From Oceanispirochaeta sp. (GTDB lineage: Bacteria; Spirochaetota; Spirochaetia; DSM-2461), in the NCBI GenBank assembly GCA_963663385.2, contig CAXXXD010000004.1, positions 576,001-640,000 of the forward strand: 64,000 nucleotides of DNA. The letters run 5' to 3'. Positions 47,692 through 58,336 of the stretch are shown here, in pieces. Within the stretch, counting starts at the first letter, position 1, and every line of letters starts with the position of its first letter. The notes beneath the pieces are model-generated. The model saw nothing but the letters and a program-made list of their open reading frames with translations. It had not been told where the DNA came from and made no database searches. The position numbers were made by a program, and so were the translations under genes.

Positions 47692-50600
47692 ATGAAAAAA
47701 GAAAAAACTGTAAATATTATTCTTGGGATGCATAGATCTGGAACAAGCTTGTTGGCAAAGATAATTAATGATTTAGGAGTTTCCTTTAGTGAAAATCTTA
47801 ATGACTTTGGGAATGATTATGTTAATGGATACTTTGAAGACAACTTTTTTATTGATCAAAATAAAAAAATTATTTCTAGAGTAAATGATGATGTTGATTA
47901 TGGTTTTTTATCTGATATTAAAAGTCTATCTGAAGGATTAAACTATAATGATCTTTATGAAAAACTTATTCTGAATATTAAAAATAACTACAAAAATGAC
48001 ATTATATGGGGCTTTAAAGATCCAAGAACATCATTGACGTATCGAATCTGGGAAAGTCTTCTAGGGAGTGATTATAATATTCAACAAATTTATATTTATA
48101 GAAATCCAATTGATGTAGCGAAATCAATTATGAATAGAGATGGATACCCAATAAGTTTTGGATTACTTCTATGGTATTATTATAATTTATCAATTATAGA
48201 AGTAATTAATGATGATTGCATTATTATAAGTTATGAAGATTTAATTAGCAATCCTATGCCAACTTTAAATGAACTCTCTCAATTATATAACTTTGATATA
48301 ACGAATTTAGATTCTATTAAAAATAATATACGTACCAAAAAAATAACATACGACGAAAATGTATTATATGAGTTTGGAACATTTTTGAAGCTATGTGAGT
48401 TGTTTCAAGATTTAGAAGATTTAAAAAGAAATAAAAGTAAAGATAAAATTTCTTCAATAATAGCAAAACATGATAGTTTTAAAATATTTAAAGAGTTAAG
48501 CTCTTTAAATCAAAAAATTTCTTATGATATAAAAAATAAATACAAAAAAATTAGATGTCAGTTATTTTATGATGATGGATCAGGTTATAATGAAGAAAAG
48601 TCAATAATTAGAAATATAAATAATAGTGATGCAATATTAGATTTTGAGATAAATCATAAAAACAAAATATTTAAAATAAGATTCGATCCATGTGATGAAC
48701 CTTGTATGATTGAATTTATAACTTGTTATGTTAAAACCCTTAACAATGAATATAAATCAATAATATTTACAGATACAAATGCATTTAAATATGATGAAAA
48801 ATTTATGTATTTTATCACAAATGATCCAAAAATTGAGTTCAATATAAATGAAAATATAAAATCAATTCATTTTAATTTAAAATTCCAATCAATTGGAAGT
48901 GGAGTGCTAGAGAAGATTTATCCGAATTTTATAAACGAAATTAATGAATATGATATTGATAATAAAAATTTTGAAATAGTTTCTATTAATATGAAAAAAC
49001 ATGATTTGAAAAATCAAGAAGAAAAAATTCAATATTTAATAAATAAATTCGAATCAAATGTATTCAATAAATATGAAAGGGATAAGGAAAGTATGATTGA
49101 GATTGTTTCAAGCGAATTAAATACTTTGAATAAAAAAATTGAAGAAATTAATAATGCAAACCATGTTAATAATGAAAAATACTCAATAATAACTTCAGAT
49201 TATAAAAATTTGCAGGAAAAAAATATAACTCTTAAAAAAAAGTTGCGTAAATTGAAAAAGCAAAATATTAAGAATCAAGAATCTTTAAAAAATGATATTG
49301 AAAAGAATTTGATATATGTTGAAAAATTAAAAAGTGAAATACAATCAAATTCTGAATTAGTAAAAAACCTTGAAAAGGAAAAGAATAAAAACTTAAACTT
49401 AATTGAAAATTTAGAAAATAGATACAAAGAAAAATTAGATTTAATTGAAGAAATGAAAAATGAACGAGATAGAAATTTAGAAGATACTAATAAGTTAAAA
49501 AAAAGTAATGATTATCTTAGATCTAAACTTGATAACTATAATTTGAAAATGCTCGAATATAAATCTTCTGAAATTAATAATAAATTACTTTCTGTAAATG
49601 ATTTATTCAATAAGCTTGATGCTTCTAGTAGAATCGAAAAAGAATTATTAAGAGAGCACAAAAATAAAATAAAAGCTATTAAAAGATATTATGAAGAATC
49701 AAAATCTTGGAAATTGACAAAAGGATTAAGAAAAATTAATGGATATAGACATTTTATTAATGAAATTAAACTATTACAAAAGTCTAATTTATTTGATCCT
49801 GTGTATTATAGAAATCAAGCAAAAAAAAATGGTATAAAAGTAAGAAATCCATATTTTCATTATTTGAGGAAATGGTCTGAGAGTGAAATTAACCCTTCTT
49901 TAAAATTTAGTAATGAAATTTACCTTGATAATAATATTGATATTAAAGAATCAGGTCGAAATCCACTAATTCACTATTTAAGATTCGGTATTAATGAAGG
50001 AAGATCAATAAAAAAAATTGATCAAGAAATAGTAATCAAAAAAAATGAAGACCTAACAAATAATAAAATTATAAAAAATGATAAAAATATAATAGACAAA
50101 ATAAATATAATTAAAAAATCAAAATATTTTGATGAACAATATTATTTAGAAAAAAATAAAGATTTAGAACCCATAAAGGACAAGCTAGTAGAGCATTATA
50201 TTCTATATGGAGCTTACGAAGGAAGATCTCCTTCAGAAAAATTTGATTCTCAATACTATTTAGAGAAAAACACTGATATTAAAGAAGCAGGTATAAATCC
50301 TCTTTGGCATTACATAACATCTGGTGAAAAAGAAGGACGAGAGCCACTAAATAATGAAATAAATCAAAAAGAGAAAATAGTTGATACAGAAATTAAATGT
50401 CTTAATAATATAGAGAATGTAAATGATTATGAAGAAATGAATATTTTTCCTATAAAAGTTCGCAATGATGATACAAAAATTATTAGCTTTTATTTACCAC
50501 AGTTTCATTTATTTCCAGAAAATGAAGAATGGTGGGGAAAGGGTTTTAATGAATGGACAAATGTAACAAAAGGTAATTCAAAATATGATAATCATTATCA

Positions 50601-53472
50601 ACCGCATTTACCAACACATTTTGGATTCTACGATTTAAAATTGGTAGAAAATATTGAAAAGCAGTTCAGTTTAGCAAAAAAATTTGGAATTTATGGATTC
50701 TGTTTTCATCACTATTATTTTGCGGGTAAAAGATTGATGGAAAAACCTGTAGATAATATTCTAAATAATCCACAAATTGATATAAACTATTGCTTATGTT
50801 GGGCTAATGAAAATTGGACTAGAACATGGGATGGTTTTGAAAATGATGTTTTAATAAAGCAGGAACATTCTGATGAAGATGATATAAGATTTATAGAAGA
50901 TATTGAAAAATATTTTTTGGATAGAAGATATATACGAGTTGATAATAAGCCTATGTTGGTAATATATAGAGCGGATATATTTCCAAATATAAATAAAACG
51001 TTAAAGCGTTGGAGAAGATACTGGAAAAATAAACATAATCAAGATTTGCATATTGTTATGGCACAAACCTTTGGACTCTGGGATCCTAGGGAATATGGTT
51101 TTGATGCAGCAGTCCAATTTCCCCCTCATAATATTGCTGCAAAAGATCTGTCCTCTGATATAGGTCTCTATGAGGATTTTAAAGGAAAGGTATATAGCTA
51201 TGAAGACTTTGCTTTAAAGTCAATATCCTTAGAGACAAAGGATTATGAATTGTATAAAACGGTAATGCCAAGTTGGGATAATACAGCCAGAAGAGATAAT
51301 GAAAGTACAATCTTTTATGGAAGCACTCCTGATAAATTCAATTATTGGTTAAATGAAACAATAAAGTATACTAAGAAGAACTTAGAGTATAATAATAGAT
51401 TTCTATTTGTAAATGCATGGAATGAATGGGCAGAAGGTGCACATTTAGAACCATGTATAAAATATGGTTATTCTTTTTTAAATAAAATTGGAAATACTAA
51501 GTACTTAGAGAATAAATTCAAAATCTCAATTATCGTACCAAATTATAATCATAGTAACTATCTTACTAAAAGATTAGATAGTATATTTAACCAGGACTAT
51601 TTAAACTATGAAGTAATTTTGTTAGATGATAACTCAACTGATGATAGTCAAAAAATACTCAATTTGTATAATGAAAAATTCAAGAATTGTAAATTAATAA
51701 TTAATAATAAAAACTCAGGAGGTGTTTTTAAACAGTGGAAGAAAGGTATTGAAGCAGCCAATGGTGATTTAATTTGGATAGCTGAAAGCGATGATTATTG
51801 TGATCATGACTTTATTTCTAAATTAGTTAAAGCCTTTGACGATCCAAGTGTAATGTTATCATATTCAAACACTATTTTTATTGATAAAGAGGGTCAAGAA
51901 GATTTGGGATATTCATTTAATGACTATATCTCAATGTTTAAAAATAATAAGTGGAAGACTTCATATATAAATAGTTCTTATAAAGAAGTAAAAGAAAACC
52001 TTGGAATTATTAATACAATCCCTAATGCAAGTAGTGTAATATTTAGGAATCCTAAAAACATGGATTTTATAAACAGTAAAGAATGGACAAATATGAAAGT
52101 TGTTGGTGATTGGTATTTGTATTTAAATGTTATTATGGGTGGTAAAATAGCATTTATATCTGATACTAATAATTACTATAGAAGATATAGTAATAATACA
52201 TCTTCACAAATGTATTATAAAAAAGATTTTTATCAGGAAATTAAAGTAATTTATTCTCTTTTATATAATAAGTATAATATAAGCGATAAAACAATTAATA
52301 AAAGTATTGATTATTTTTATGAATTAGCCTCGAAAAAACAGAATCTTAATAAAAATGATTTCTATAATTCTATGCGTCTAAAAACCGAAAAAAATTATAT
52401 GTCGATAATGATTTCATTTTTTGGATTCTATAACGGTGGTGCGGAATTATTTCCAATTCATTTAGCAAATTATTTTAAAAAAATTGGTATTCCTGTAATT
52501 TTACATAGTTGTAATGGATGTATTCCTATGGAGAATGTAAAAGACAATATCGATCCATCAGTACCATATTTTGAATCTAAAAATGTCAATGAAATTGAAA
52601 AAGTAATAAATGATAATAATGTTACAATATTAAATTCACATCATTGGGAATTCCAAAAATTATTAGTCGATTGGGACGTTGGAGATATAAATCATATTGC
52701 TACACTTCATGGTATATTAGAGAATGAAGATAGTGGATATAATATTAATAAGAAAGATCTTTATTCAGTTGATAAAAAAGTAAATAAGTGGATTTATACA
52801 GCTGATAAGAATATCATTAAATTTAATGATTATAAAATATTCAATGAAAAAAAATTTGTAAAAATTATAAATGGAGTTAATAATAAATTAGAAAAAAATA
52901 TATCTCGCGAATCATTAAATATTCCTGACGATTCATTTGTGTTTTGTATTGTCTCGAGAGCTATAATTGAAAAAGGATGGAATCAATCTATCGAAATAAT
53001 TAGAAGATGTCGTGAAAAATCAAATAATGATATACATTTAATACTGGTTGGTGATGGGGAAGTATATGAAAATCTTAAGGATTCAAATAATGAAAAATAT
53101 GTACATTTAATTGGATATGATTCAAGAGCTAATGATTATTACAATATAAGTGATATGGGAATGCTATTATCAAATTTCAAATCTGAAAGCTTTCCATTAA
53201 CTATTTTAAATTGTTTATCTGTGCAAAAGCCATTTTTTTCAACTAATATAGGTGAAATAAAAAAAATACTATCAGTTGATAATGAGATTGCCGGAAAAGT
53301 TGTTGATTTAAACTCATTTGAAATTGATATTGATTTAGCGACTAATGTGATTCTAAATAGTATTTTAAATAAAAATAAGTATAACAGAATGTTAGAAAAT
53401 GCAAAAAGATTATCTGAAAAATATTCAATAGATAATGTTGGCAAAATGTATATAGAAGAATTTATGAGATAG
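47692..53472 (+). CDS. 1926-aa multidomain glycan synthase: sulfotransferase + coiled coil + repeats + WbsX/GH99-like + GT2 + GT4
   Basis: ILGMHRSGTS/WGFKDPR (sulfotransferase); K/E/N coiled coil ending SKSWKLTKGLR; four FDxxYY..N.D...PL.HY...G..EGR-type repeats; FYLPQFH..WWGKGF.EW..WANENW..NAWNEWAEG (WbsX); IIVPNYNH..AESDD (GT2); GGAE..ESFP (GT4). Confidence 0.88.
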   Translation: MKKEKTVNIILGMHRSGTSLLAKIINDLGVSFSENLNDFGNDYVNGYFEDNFFIDQNKKIISRVNDDVDYGFLSDIKSLSEGLNYNDLYEKLILNIKNNYKNDIIWGFKDPRTSLTYRIWESLLGSDYNIQQIYIYRNPIDVAKSIMNRDGYPISFGLLLWYYYNLSIIEVINDDCIIISYEDLISNPMPTLNELSQLYNFDITNLDSIKNNIRTKKITYDENVLYEFGTFLKLCELFQDLEDLKRNKSKDKISSIIAKHDSFKIFKELSSLNQKISYDIKNKYKKIRCQLFYDDGSGYNEEKSIIRNINNSDAILDFEINHKNKIFKIRFDPCDEPCMIEFITCYVKTLNNEYKSIIFTDTNAFKYDEKFMYFITNDPKIEFNINENIKSIHFNLKFQSIGSGVLEKIYPNFINEINEYDIDNKNFEIVSINMKKHDLKNQEEKIQYLINKFESNVFNKYERDKESMIEIVSSELNTLNKKIEEINNANHVNNEKYSIITSDYKNLQEKNITLKKKLRKLKKQNIKNQESLKNDIEKNLIYVEKLKSEIQSNSELVKNLEKEKNKNLNLIENLENRYKEKLDLIEEMKNERDRNLEDTNKLKKSNDYLRSKLDNYNLKMLEYKSSEINNKLLSVNDLFNKLDASSRIEKELLREHKNKIKAIKRYYEESKSWKLTKGLRKINGYRHFINEIKLLQKSNLFDPVYYRNQAKKNGIKVRNPYFHYLRKWSESEINPSLKFSNEIYLDNNIDIKESGRNPLIHYLRFGINEGRSIKKIDQEIVIKKNEDLTNNKIIKNDKNIIDKINIIKKSKYFDEQYYLEKNKDLEPIKDKLVEHYILYGAYEGRSPSEKFDSQYYLEKNTDIKEAGINPLWHYITSGEKEGREPLNNEINQKEKIVDTEIKCLNNIENVNDYEEMNIFPIKVRNDDTKIISFYLPQFHLFPENEEWWGKGFNEWTNVTKGNSKYDNHYQPHLPTHFGFYDLKLVENIEKQFSLAKKFGIYGFCFHHYYFAGKRLMEKPVDNILNNPQIDINYCLCWANENWTRTWDGFENDVLIKQEHSDEDDIRFIEDIEKYFLDRRYIRVDNKPMLVIYRADIFPNINKTLKRWRRYWKNKHNQDLHIVMAQTFGLWDPREYGFDAAVQFPPHNIAAKDLSSDIGLYEDFKGKVYSYEDFALKSISLETKDYELYKTVMPSWDNTARRDNESTIFYGSTPDKFNYWLNETIKYTKKNLEYNNRFLFVNAWNEWAEGAHLEPCIKYGYSFLNKIGNTKYLENKFKISIIVPNYNHSNYLTKRLDSIFNQDYLNYEVILLDDNSTDDSQKILNLYNEKFKNCKLIINNKNSGGVFKQWKKGIEAANGDLIWIAESDDYCDHDFISKLVKAFDDPSVMLSYSNTIFIDKEGQEDLGYSFNDYISMFKNNKWKTSYINSSYKEVKENLGIINTIPNASSVIFRNPKNMDFINSKEWTNMKVVGDWYLYLNVIMGGKIAFISDTNNYYRRYSNNTSSQMYYKKDFYQEIKVIYSLLYNKYNISDKTINKSIDYFYELASKKQNLNKNDFYNSMRLKTEKNYMSIMISFFGFYNGGAELFPIHLANYFKKIGIPVILHSCNGCIPMENVKDNIDPSVPYFESKNVNEIEKVINDNNVTILNSHHWEFQKLLVDWDVGDINHIATLHGILENEDSGYNINKKDLYSVDKKVNKWIYTADKNIIKFNDYKIFNEKKFVKIINGVNNKLEKNISRESLNIPDDSFVFCIVSRAIIEKGWNQSIEIIRRCREKSNNDIHLILVGDGEVYENLKDSNNEKYVHLIGYDSRANDYYNISDMGMLLSNFKSESFPLTILNCLSVQKPFFSTNIGEIKKILSVDNEIAGKVVDLNSFEIDIDLATNVILNSILNKNKYNRMLENAKRLSEKYSIDNVGKMYIEEFMR

Positions 53473-53475
53473 AAC

Positions 53476-54558
53476 ATGAGAGATAGAAAAGTTTTCATTC
53501 ATGTTGGTACAGCAAAAACAGGTACTACTACAATACAACACTTTATAAATACTAATAGAAAAATATTTGAAAATAATTCATTCTATTATCCAATGACTGG
53601 TTTAGTAGATCATTGTCATCATGGTATATCTTTTTATTGGGAAAATAATCCAATATTTAATAAAAACTTTAAAATTCAAAAAGATCAAATTGAATTATTG
53701 AGAGATGAAATTAATGCTAATAATGACAAACACATTTTAATAAGTTCTGAATGTTTTAGATTATTATCTGTAAATTGGAAAGAATTATTAAGCATATTTT
53801 TAGATAAAGAAATATATTGTATTGTTTACTTAAGAAATCAAATTGATTATTACTCATCAAAGTATATTGAGCAAATTAAAGGGAATCAAACGTATTTAGA
53901 TCCTGCTGATTGGTTAAATAGTAATTTTTACCCAAATGAATATGTTAGTTATATAAATGAGTTAAAGACTATTTTTGGTGATAAAAATATAATTGTAAAA
54001 AGCTTTAATAAAAAAGATTTTTATATGAGGAATTTATTATCGGATTTTTTATACATTTTTGATTTAGATATAAGCAATTTTGAGACAAGTAAAAATAAAC
54101 TTAATCAAAAGGTTACATTCAATACATTAATATTTAATAGATATTTGAATTATTTTTTTGATTCTGAAAATTATGCATATTTTTTAAAAAATACTCTTAC
54201 CGACTATTCTACCAAAATTGGAGTCTTTGATTCTAATGATCATGTTGATTATAGCGTTTTTTCAATAAATGAAAGAAAGAAAATATATGATCAAACTAAA
54301 GAATGCAATAATTATTTAAACAAAGAATACTTTAAAGGGAAAGTAGGATTAAATAATGTAATTAAAACTAATCAATATAGTATAGATAAGTTAATATTTG
54401 ATGAAAATAAAGCTTTTAAAATTATCGATTATATTAAAATAAATGATGAATATAATTATAATAAAATTATAGCGAGAATTAATAATTTTAATGAAAACAG
54501 CAATGCAGATATTAAGTTATTTTTTAAACAATTATTTGAAATGGGAGCTGGTAAATGA
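53476..54558 (+). CDS. sulfotransferase-like protein
   Basis: PAPS-loop FIHVGTAKTGTTTIQ, ISSE, IVYLRNQ. Confidence 0.75.
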   Translation: MRDRKVFIHVGTAKTGTTTIQHFINTNRKIFENNSFYYPMTGLVDHCHHGISFYWENNPIFNKNFKIQKDQIELLRDEINANNDKHILISSECFRLLSVNWKELLSIFLDKEIYCIVYLRNQIDYYSSKYIEQIKGNQTYLDPADWLNSNFYPNEYVSYINELKTIFGDKNIIVKSFNKKDFYMRNLLSDFLYIFDLDISNFETSKNKLNQKVTFNTLIFNRYLNYFFDSENYAYFLKNTLTDYSTKIGVFDSNDHVDYSVFSINERKKIYDQTKECNNYLNKEYFKGKVGLNNVIKTNQYSIDKLIFDENKAFKIIDYIKINDEYNYNKIIARINNFNENSNADIKLFFKQLFEMGAGK

Positions 54559-55469
54559 AAAAGAAAATAATTGTTTTAGGTGGTAATGGATTTATAGGTC
54601 AAAGTCTTATAAAAGAATTATCGAATCTTAATTATGAGATTTTATCAATAGATATTAATGCCCCCCCAAAAATGATTACTAATGTAAATTATATTACTCA
54701 CGATTTTACAAAATTAAATGAGATAGAAAATGTATTTGAATACTGTTCTGTTATATATCATTTAGTATCAACAACAATCCCTGAAACTTCAAACAAGAAT
54801 CCTAATTTTGACATTGAATCAAATTTAATTGGTAGCATAAATCTTTTAGAAATAGCAAGAAGAAACAATACCGGTAAAATTATTTTTACATCTTCAGGTG
54901 GTACAGTTTATGGAAATCAAAGCGATTCAATTCTAAGTGAGTCTTCATTTACTAATCCAATATGTTCATATGGCATAGTAAAGCTATCAATTGAAAAATA
55001 TTTGAAAATGTATAATTACCTTTATGGTATTGATTCTTGTATATTAAGAATATCAAACCCGTACGGTTCAAATCAAATAAATACAAATCAAGGTGTAATT
55101 ACAAATTTTTGTCGTAATGCATTAAATGGTAATGAAATAACCATATGGGGTGATGGATCAATTTCAAGGGATTTTATTTATATATCTGATTTAGTTAATT
55201 TACTAATTAAGGTAAAAGATCAAAAATCAAATGCAGAAATATTTAATGTTGGAAGTGGTAGATCAACAAGTATAAATGAATTAATAAATGTTATTGAAAA
55301 TCTCTTGGGAAAAAATATACTAGTAAAATATCTCCAAGATAGAGAATTTGATCTACATACAACTAATTTTGATATCTCAAAAGTAAAAAGTGCTTTTAAT
55401 TGGAAACCTGAGATATCATTAAGTCAAGGAATTCAAAAATTATTAAATTCATTTTCAATTGAATATTAA
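54555..55469 (+). CDS. NAD-dependent epimerase/dehydratase
   Basis: GGNGFIG, SSGGTVYG, YGIVK, RISNPYG, RDFIYI. Confidence 0.93.
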   Translation: MKKKIIVLGGNGFIGQSLIKELSNLNYEILSIDINAPPKMITNVNYITHDFTKLNEIENVFEYCSVIYHLVSTTIPETSNKNPNFDIESNLIGSINLLEIARRNNTGKIIFTSSGGTVYGNQSDSILSESSFTNPICSYGIVKLSIEKYLKMYNYLYGIDSCILRISNPYGSNQINTNQGVITNFCRNALNGNEITIWGDGSISRDFIYISDLVNLLIKVKDQKSNAEIFNVGSGRSTSINELINVIENLLGKNILVKYLQDREFDLHTTNFDISKVKSAFNWKPEISLSQGIQKLLNSFSIEY

Positions 55470-55485
55470 TGTATAAGGAATTTGA

Positions 55486-56499
55486 ATGGAAAACATTATG
55501 TATTTACACTTTGGTACACATAAGACTGGTTCAACATCAATACAAAACTTTTTAATAAAAAACAGAAGTCAATTATTTAAAGATGATATTTTTTATCCTA
55601 CATTTAGAATTAATCATAATGATAAGTCAGTTTACTCAGGTTTGAAACATCATCAATTCGGATGGTATCTTTCTGGAAATAAGTCTTTTTCTTTTGAAAA
55701 AAGGGATATTGATATTTTTGTCAAATCTATAAATGATTCTAAAAAAAGTGTAATAGTAAGTACTGAAGTTTTAATGGAGTCTTTTAATAATAATAATTTA
55801 GATAAATTAAGAAAATATTTCCCCAAAAAAAATATAAAACCGATTGTTTATCTCAGAAGACAGGATTTATTTAAGGAGTCATGGTATTCAGAATTAGTTA
55901 CTAATAGTAACGAGAAGAGAAATATTAATGATCATGATTTCTATAACTTAAAATATTCAGAATTATTAGATCGATTGTCAGATTTGTTTGGTAGAAATAA
56001 TTTAATTGTTAGAATCTTTGACTTTGACAAATTTATTGATAGAAACCTTTATTATGATTTTTTAACAACTATATCTTTAAAAAAATTTGAAAATTATGAT
56101 TTTCCTTTAGACAGTAATATTAAAATACCATCAGAGTGTATTAAACAATTGAAGATTTTAAATAACTTTTTTTGTAAGAGTCCTGAATATAAAGAATTAA
56201 AGAAAACTATTATTAGAAATTCTCGAAGATACGCTACATTATACGATAATAGTAATTTACTATCTTATGATAATAAGAAAAGAATCTTGGATGAACTAAA
56301 AGATGATAATAACTATATTTCAGAAAAATATTTTAATAATGAAAAAATATTTAATGACGTATTAATGGATAGTTCTGAAGATAGTGTTTTTGATGATATA
56401 AAAGAGATCTCTACTGAAAGTATATTATTAACATTATTTCCAATAATTTTGGACTTAACAAAAAAAATAAACGATATAAATTGTAAGGAAATTAGATAA
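55486..56499 (+). CDS. sulfotransferase-like protein
   Basis: [27 protein letters not shown]; paralogous to 53476. Confidence 0.75.
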   Translation: MENIMYLHFGTHKTGSTSIQNFLIKNRSQLFKDDIFYPTFRINHNDKSVYSGLKHHQFGWYLSGNKSFSFEKRDIDIFVKSINDSKKSVIVSTEVLMESFNNNNLDKLRKYFPKKNIKPIVYLRRQDLFKESWYSELVTNSNEKRNINDHDFYNLKYSELLDRLSDLFGRNNLIVRIFDFDKFIDRNLYYDFLTTISLKKFENYDFPLDSNIKIPSECIKQLKILNNFFCKSPEYKELKKTIIRNSRRYATLYDNSNLLSYDNKKRILDELKDDNNYISEKYFNNEKIFNDVLMDSSEDSVFDDIKEISTESILLTLFPIILDLTKKINDINCKEIR

Positions 56500-57386
56500 T
56501 GAAAGGTATTATTTTAGCCGGAGGCTCCGGCACCCGCCTCTACCCGGCGACAAAATCAATATGCAAACAACTCCTCCCCATCCATGACAAACCAATGATC
56601 TACTACCCATTGGCCACCATCATGCTGGCAGGAATCAAAGAAGTTTTAATCATATCCACCCCCCAGGACACCCCAAGATTCGAAGATCTCTTAGGTGACG
56701 GATCCGAACTTGGCATATCATTAAGTTATGCGATACAAACAGCCCCAAGAGGCCTGGCTGAAGCCTTCATCATAGGAAAAGACTTCATCGGCAGCGACTC
56801 GGTAGCCCTGGTCCTGGGAGACAACCTTTTCTATGGTCACGATTTTGCCAAACTTGTACAAAAAACAGCAAAGCAACAAAGCGGAGCCACCGTATTCGGC
56901 TACTACGTAAACGATCCGCATCGCTATGGTGTGGCAGAATTCGACCAAACCGGAAAAGTCCTCTCCCTGGAGGAAAAACCGGAAAATCCCAAATCCAATT
57001 ACGCCGTAGTGGGCCTCTACTTCTACGACAACCAGGTAGTAGATATAGCCGCCAACCTGAAACCCTCCCCCCGGGGAGAACTGGAAATCACCGACGTCAA
57101 CAAGGAATACCTCAAAAGGGGAGAACTCAAGGTGGAACTCATGGGCAGAGGCTACGCCTGGCTGGACACCGGAACCCACCGCTCCCTGCTGGAAGCCTCC
57201 CAATACGTGGAAATCGTAGAAGCCCGCCAGGGCTATAAAATCGCCTGTATAGAAGAAATAGCCTACCGCATGGGGTTCATAGACATGGACCAGTTCAAAA
57301 AACTGGCCGACAACCTGAAAAAATCCACCTATGGCCAATACCTGCTGGACATAATCAAACAAAAAGAAGCCGCCTTCGCTATTTGA
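56499..57386 (+). CDS. rfbA: glucose-1-phosphate thymidylyltransferase
   Basis: [43 protein letters not shown]. Confidence 0.98.
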   Translation: MKGIILAGGSGTRLYPATKSICKQLLPIHDKPMIYYPLATIMLAGIKEVLIISTPQDTPRFEDLLGDGSELGISLSYAIQTAPRGLAEAFIIGKDFIGSDSVALVLGDNLFYGHDFAKLVQKTAKQQSGATVFGYYVNDPHRYGVAEFDQTGKVLSLEEKPENPKSNYAVVGLYFYDNQVVDIAANLKPSPRGELEITDVNKEYLKRGELKVELMGRGYAWLDTGTHRSLLEASQYVEIVEARQGYKIACIEEIAYRMGFIDMDQFKKLADNLKKSTYGQYLLDIIKQKEAAFAI

Positions 57387-57390
57387 GATA

Positions 57391-57746
57391 TAAACATATC
57401 TCCCTCTCCCTCGGTTCCTGAGCGCAGCCGAAGGGGGGAGAGGCCGGTTGCATGCCTGAGCAACAAACGAAGTTTGTGGCCAAGGCCGGGGTGAGGGGGC
57501 AAAAACTTGCTCACAGCTTTCGTCACCCTCGTTTCCCCCTCCTTAGGAGGGGCCAGGGGAGGTCGAAAGGGCCGGGGTGAGGATTCAAAGTCAGCTTGCC
57601 CTTGTTGGAACTCAATAAATAAGGTCATAAGGATTCAACATATGCGTAATAAAATATTTCTAAACATTTCTCCCTCTCCCTCTGGGAGAGGCCGGTTGCA
57701 TGCCTGTGCAACAAACGAAGTTTGTGACCAAGGGCAGGGGAGAGGG
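57391..57746. repeat. composite REP-like repeats between rfbA and rfbC
   Basis: Two near-identical units taaacat.tctccctctccctc...ggagaggccggttgcatgcctg.gcaacaaacgaagtttgtg.ccaagg (57391-57498, 57661-57746) plus cccctccttaggagggg near 57536. Confidence 0.85.
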
Positions 57747-57748
57747 TA

Positions 57749-58336
57749 ATGCCATTCCAATTCAAATCAACTCCCATCGAAGGAGTAAAAATAATCCAAC
57801 CGCGAATCTTTGCAGATCCCCGCGGTTTTTTTATGGAAACCTACAAAAAGTCCGATTTCGCAGCCGCCGGAATTCACGAAGAGTTCTGCCAGGACAACCA
57901 CTCATTCTCCTCAAAAGGAGTCCTGCGGGGAATCCACTTTCAAACCGCTCCCCATGCCCAGGGAAAACTCGTCCGCGTCATAAAAGGAGCCGTCTGGGAT
58001 GTGGCAGTAGACCTGATCCCGGGATCAAAAACCTACGGACAGCATTACGGTATAGAACTGACAGAAGAAAACGGTACTATGTTCTACATACCCCCCGGCT
58101 TCGGCCACGGCTTTCTGACCCTTCGGGATGACACGCACTTTTTGTATAAATGTACCGAAGAATACGCCCCCGAAGCCGACGGCGGCATAAAATGGGACGA
58201 CCCCGAGTTAAGCATAAAATGGCCAATAACAAATGATATGGAAATTGCCGTCTCGGAAAAAGATGCCATACTCCCCTACTTAAGAGACATTAAAAAAATA
58301 CCCCCTCTCCCTTTGGGAGAGGGGATTAAGGGGTGA
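57749..58336 (+). CDS. rfbC: dTDP-4-dehydrorhamnose 3,5-epimerase
   Basis: DPRGFFME, QDNHSFS..GVLRGIHFQ, QGKLVRV, PPGFGHGF, YKCT, WDDP, SEKD. Confidence 0.97.
   Translation: MPFQFKSTPIEGVKIIQPRIFADPRGFFMETYKKSDFAAAGIHEEFCQDNHSFSSKGVLRGIHFQTAPHAQGKLVRVIKGAVWDVAVDLIPGSKTYGQHYGIELTEENGTMFYIPPGFGHGFLTLRDDTHFLYKCTEEYAPEADGGIKWDDPELSIKWPITNDMEIAVSEKDAILPYLRDIKKIPPLPLGEGIKG

Larger units (their letters stand above)
46950..56517. other. very AT-rich horizontally exchanged glycan-biosynthesis cassette
   Basis: Shift to A/T-dominated sequence within wzt (approx. 46.8-47.0 kb; left boundary approximate) and abrupt return within the first codons of rfbA. Confidence 0.85.
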
